Source: Armatimonadota bacterium
Lineage (GTDB): Bacteria > Sysuimicrobiota > Sysuimicrobiia > Sysuimicrobiales > Kaftiobacteriaceae
Assembly (NCBI GenBank): GCA_037440005.1
Contig: JBBIUY010000005.1
Location: forward strand, 23,730-87,729
Direction: 5' to 3'
DNA length: 64,000 nt
The translations under genes were made by a program, and so were the position numbers. Shown piece after piece: positions 62,455-64,000 of the stretch. The notes under the pieces are model-generated. The model was not told where the DNA came from, did not search any database, and was given only the letters and a program-made list of their open reading frames with translations. Position 1 is the stretch's first letter. Every line of letters begins with the position of its first letter.

Positions 62455-62694
62455 GTGGCCAGGACGGTGGTGGTGTACACCCAGCCGGGCTGACTGTTCT
62501 GCGGCAAGGTGAAGGAGTTCCTTCGCCAGAAGGGCGTGCCGTTCGTGGAAAAGGACATCAGCCGGGATCCGGCGGCCCTGGACGAGCTGATGGAGAAGGG
62601 GTTTGCCGCCACGCCCGTCACCGTCATCGACGGTGAGGCGGTGGTGGGGTTCAACCGGTCCCGGCTGGAGCAGCTCCTGGGAGGGTCGTCATGA
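62455..62694 (+). CDS. Selenocysteine glutaredoxin/NrdH-redoxin (UxxC)
   Basis: RBS then GTG; MARTVVVYTQPG-TGA-LFCGKVKEFL...TP...GF; TGA at 62491-62493. Confidence 0.88.
62497..62531 (+). promoter_or_regulatory. Bacterial SECIS-like hairpin
   Basis: GGTGAAGG-AGTT-CCTTCGCC (62508-62527); loop starts 22 nt after the UGA. Confidence 0.7.
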
Positions 62695-63104
62695 GGTCCC
62701 ACAGCCTGCAGGACCTGGGCCGGATCCTGGAGTCGGCGCGAACCATCGCCGTGGTCGGGCTGTCCAACAAGCCCGACCGGCCCAGCTACGAGGTGGCCTC
62801 CTACCTCAAGGAGGCCGGCTACCGGATCATCCCCGTCAACCCCACCATCGCGGAAGCCCTGGGCGAGACGTCCTACCGCAGCCTGCGGGAGATCCCCGAG
62901 CCCGTGGACGTGGTGCAGATCTTCCGCCGGCCCGCCGAGGTGCCGTCGGTGGTGGACGACGCCATCGCCATCGGGGCGAAGGTGGTGTGGATGCAGCCCG
63001 GGGCGGAGAACGAGGAGGCCGCGGCCCGGGCGGAGGCCGCCGGGCTGGTGGCGGTGGTCGGGGCCTGCATGATGACCGTGCACCGGGCGCTGGCCCGGAG
63101 CTGA
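62691..63104 (+). CDS. CoA-binding protein (YccU-like)
   Basis: IAVVGLS..PDRPS, IIPVNP, VWMQPG. Confidence 0.9.
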   Translation: MRSHSLQDLGRILESARTIAVVGLSNKPDRPSYEVASYLKEAGYRIIPVNPTIAEALGETSYRSLREIPEPVDVVQIFRRPAEVPSVVDDAIAIGAKVVWMQPGAENEEAAARAEAAGLVAVVGACMMTVHRALARS

Positions 63105-63140
63105 CGCCAGGGCGCCGGAGGGGACCAGGGGGAGGCCCTC

Positions 63141-63560
63141 ATGCGCATCGGCGAGCTGGCGCGCCGGACAGGGGTGTCGCCGCGCACCATCCGCTTCTAC
63201 GAGTCGGTGGGCATCCTCTCCCCCCGGGCCCGCACCCCGTCCGGCTACCGGCTGTTCGACGATGAGGCCGTCCGACGGCTGGCGTTTGTCCGACGCGCCC
63301 GGCGGCTGGGGCTGTCGCTGAACGAGATCCGGGAGATCCTGGAGGTCTACGACCGGGGGCAGGCTCCCTGTCCCCGCGTGGTCGCGCTGCTGGAGCGGAA
63401 GATTGCCGTCCTCAGCCGGCAGATCGCCGGGTTGCAGGCATTGCGCCGTGAGCTCCTCACCATCCGCCGGTCCGCCCGCCTGGCCGCAGAGGACGGGCCG
63501 CAGCCCCGGTGGGTGTGCCGGCTGATCGAGAGGCCTGCCGGGCGTGCAGGGGTCCGCTGA
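63141..63560 (+). CDS. MerR-family heavy-metal regulator
   Basis: MRIGELA..TIRFYE, GYRLF, GLSLNEI, two Cys. Confidence 0.9.
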   Translation: MRIGELARRTGVSPRTIRFYESVGILSPRARTPSGYRLFDDEAVRRLAFVRRARRLGLSLNEIREILEVYDRGQAPCPRVVALLERKIAVLSRQIAGLQALRRELLTIRRSARLAAEDGPQPRWVCRLIERPAGRAGVR

Positions 63561-63566
63561 CGCCCC

Positions 63567-63598
63567 TTGACCTTCCAGCCGTCTGGAAGGTACATCCT
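63567..63598 (+). promoter_or_regulatory. MerR/CueR-type promoter-operator
   Basis: TTGACC with dyad ACCTTCCA-N6-TGGAAGGT and a long spacer to the -10. Confidence 0.85.
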
Positions 63599-63647
63599 GA
63601 CAGGTGACTTCCCGGCCGGATCCGCCCGCCGGGTGCCGGAGGGCGCG

Positions 63648-64000
63648 ATGGCCACGGTTCACCTCGGCATCGGAGGCATGTCCTGCTCCTTCTGCGCGGA
63701 CACCCTGCGCCAGGCCGTCCGCCGCCTGCCCGGGGTGGAGGAGGTCAGCGTCAGCCTGGCCCACGAGGAAGCCCTGGTGCGGTACGACCCCGCCCGGGTG
63801 ACCGAGGCGCAGATCGCCGACGCCATCCGCAGTGTGGGGTACACGGTCCGCGATCCCGCCCGGGCGCGCGCGTACGAGGACGAGGAGGCGGACCTGAGGC
63901 GGGAACGGGACCGGCTGCTGGTGGCGGCGGCGTTCACGTGGATGACGGGCGTGCTCATGGTCCTCATGTGGGTCGGCCGCCCGCTGCCGGCCGCGCGCTG
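63648..64000 (+). CDS. Heavy-metal P1B ATPase (CopA-like), 5' part only
   Basis: HMA motif GMSCSFC followed by the first TM helix; runs off the window. Confidence 0.82.
   Translation, partial: MATVHLGIGGMSCSFCADTLRQAVRRLPGVEEVSVSLAHEEALVRYDPARVTEAQIADAIRSVGYTVRDPARARAYEDEEADLRRERDRLLVAAAFTWMTGVLMVLMWVGRPLPAAR

Overview
Very GC-rich bacterial chromosomal window of about 60 genes. Gene content (tmk-darA-holB synteny, a T-box, a Cheo-type LexA box, archaeal-type ProRS and ApgM) suggests a Terrabacteria lineage; this is inference. From left to right it holds: a PdtaS/PdtaR-like ANTAR two-component pair; a lower-GC Panacea antitoxin with an unannotated RelE/ParE-like toxin broken by an amber stop; EndoQ, RlmI, an R3H-AAA protein and tmk-darA-holB; a BMP-type ABC transporter and nfo; a gntR-ddl-dapF-apgM-namZ run; an SOS-boxed radical SAM gene; DUF4395 and thioredoxin; T-box proS; a ~19 kb purine catabolism cluster with no uricase and a stand-alone DUF1116; and a redox/metal region (Crp/Fnr, VKOR, gnd-pgl, twin zinc-finger microprotein, two DUF3179 genes, Tat protein, TlpA, DsrE, glutaredoxin, MerR-CopA). 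Signals the ORF track misses: two UxxC selenoprotein genes with SECIS-like hairpins (one decayed), a Cys-codon leader-peptide attenuator upstream of DUF4395, four identically spaced Crp/Fnr class II sites defining a candidate redox regulon, a recurring SigH-like promoter, and oriented GATC heptamer arrays at gene ends. All family calls come from reading motifs; no database searches were run.
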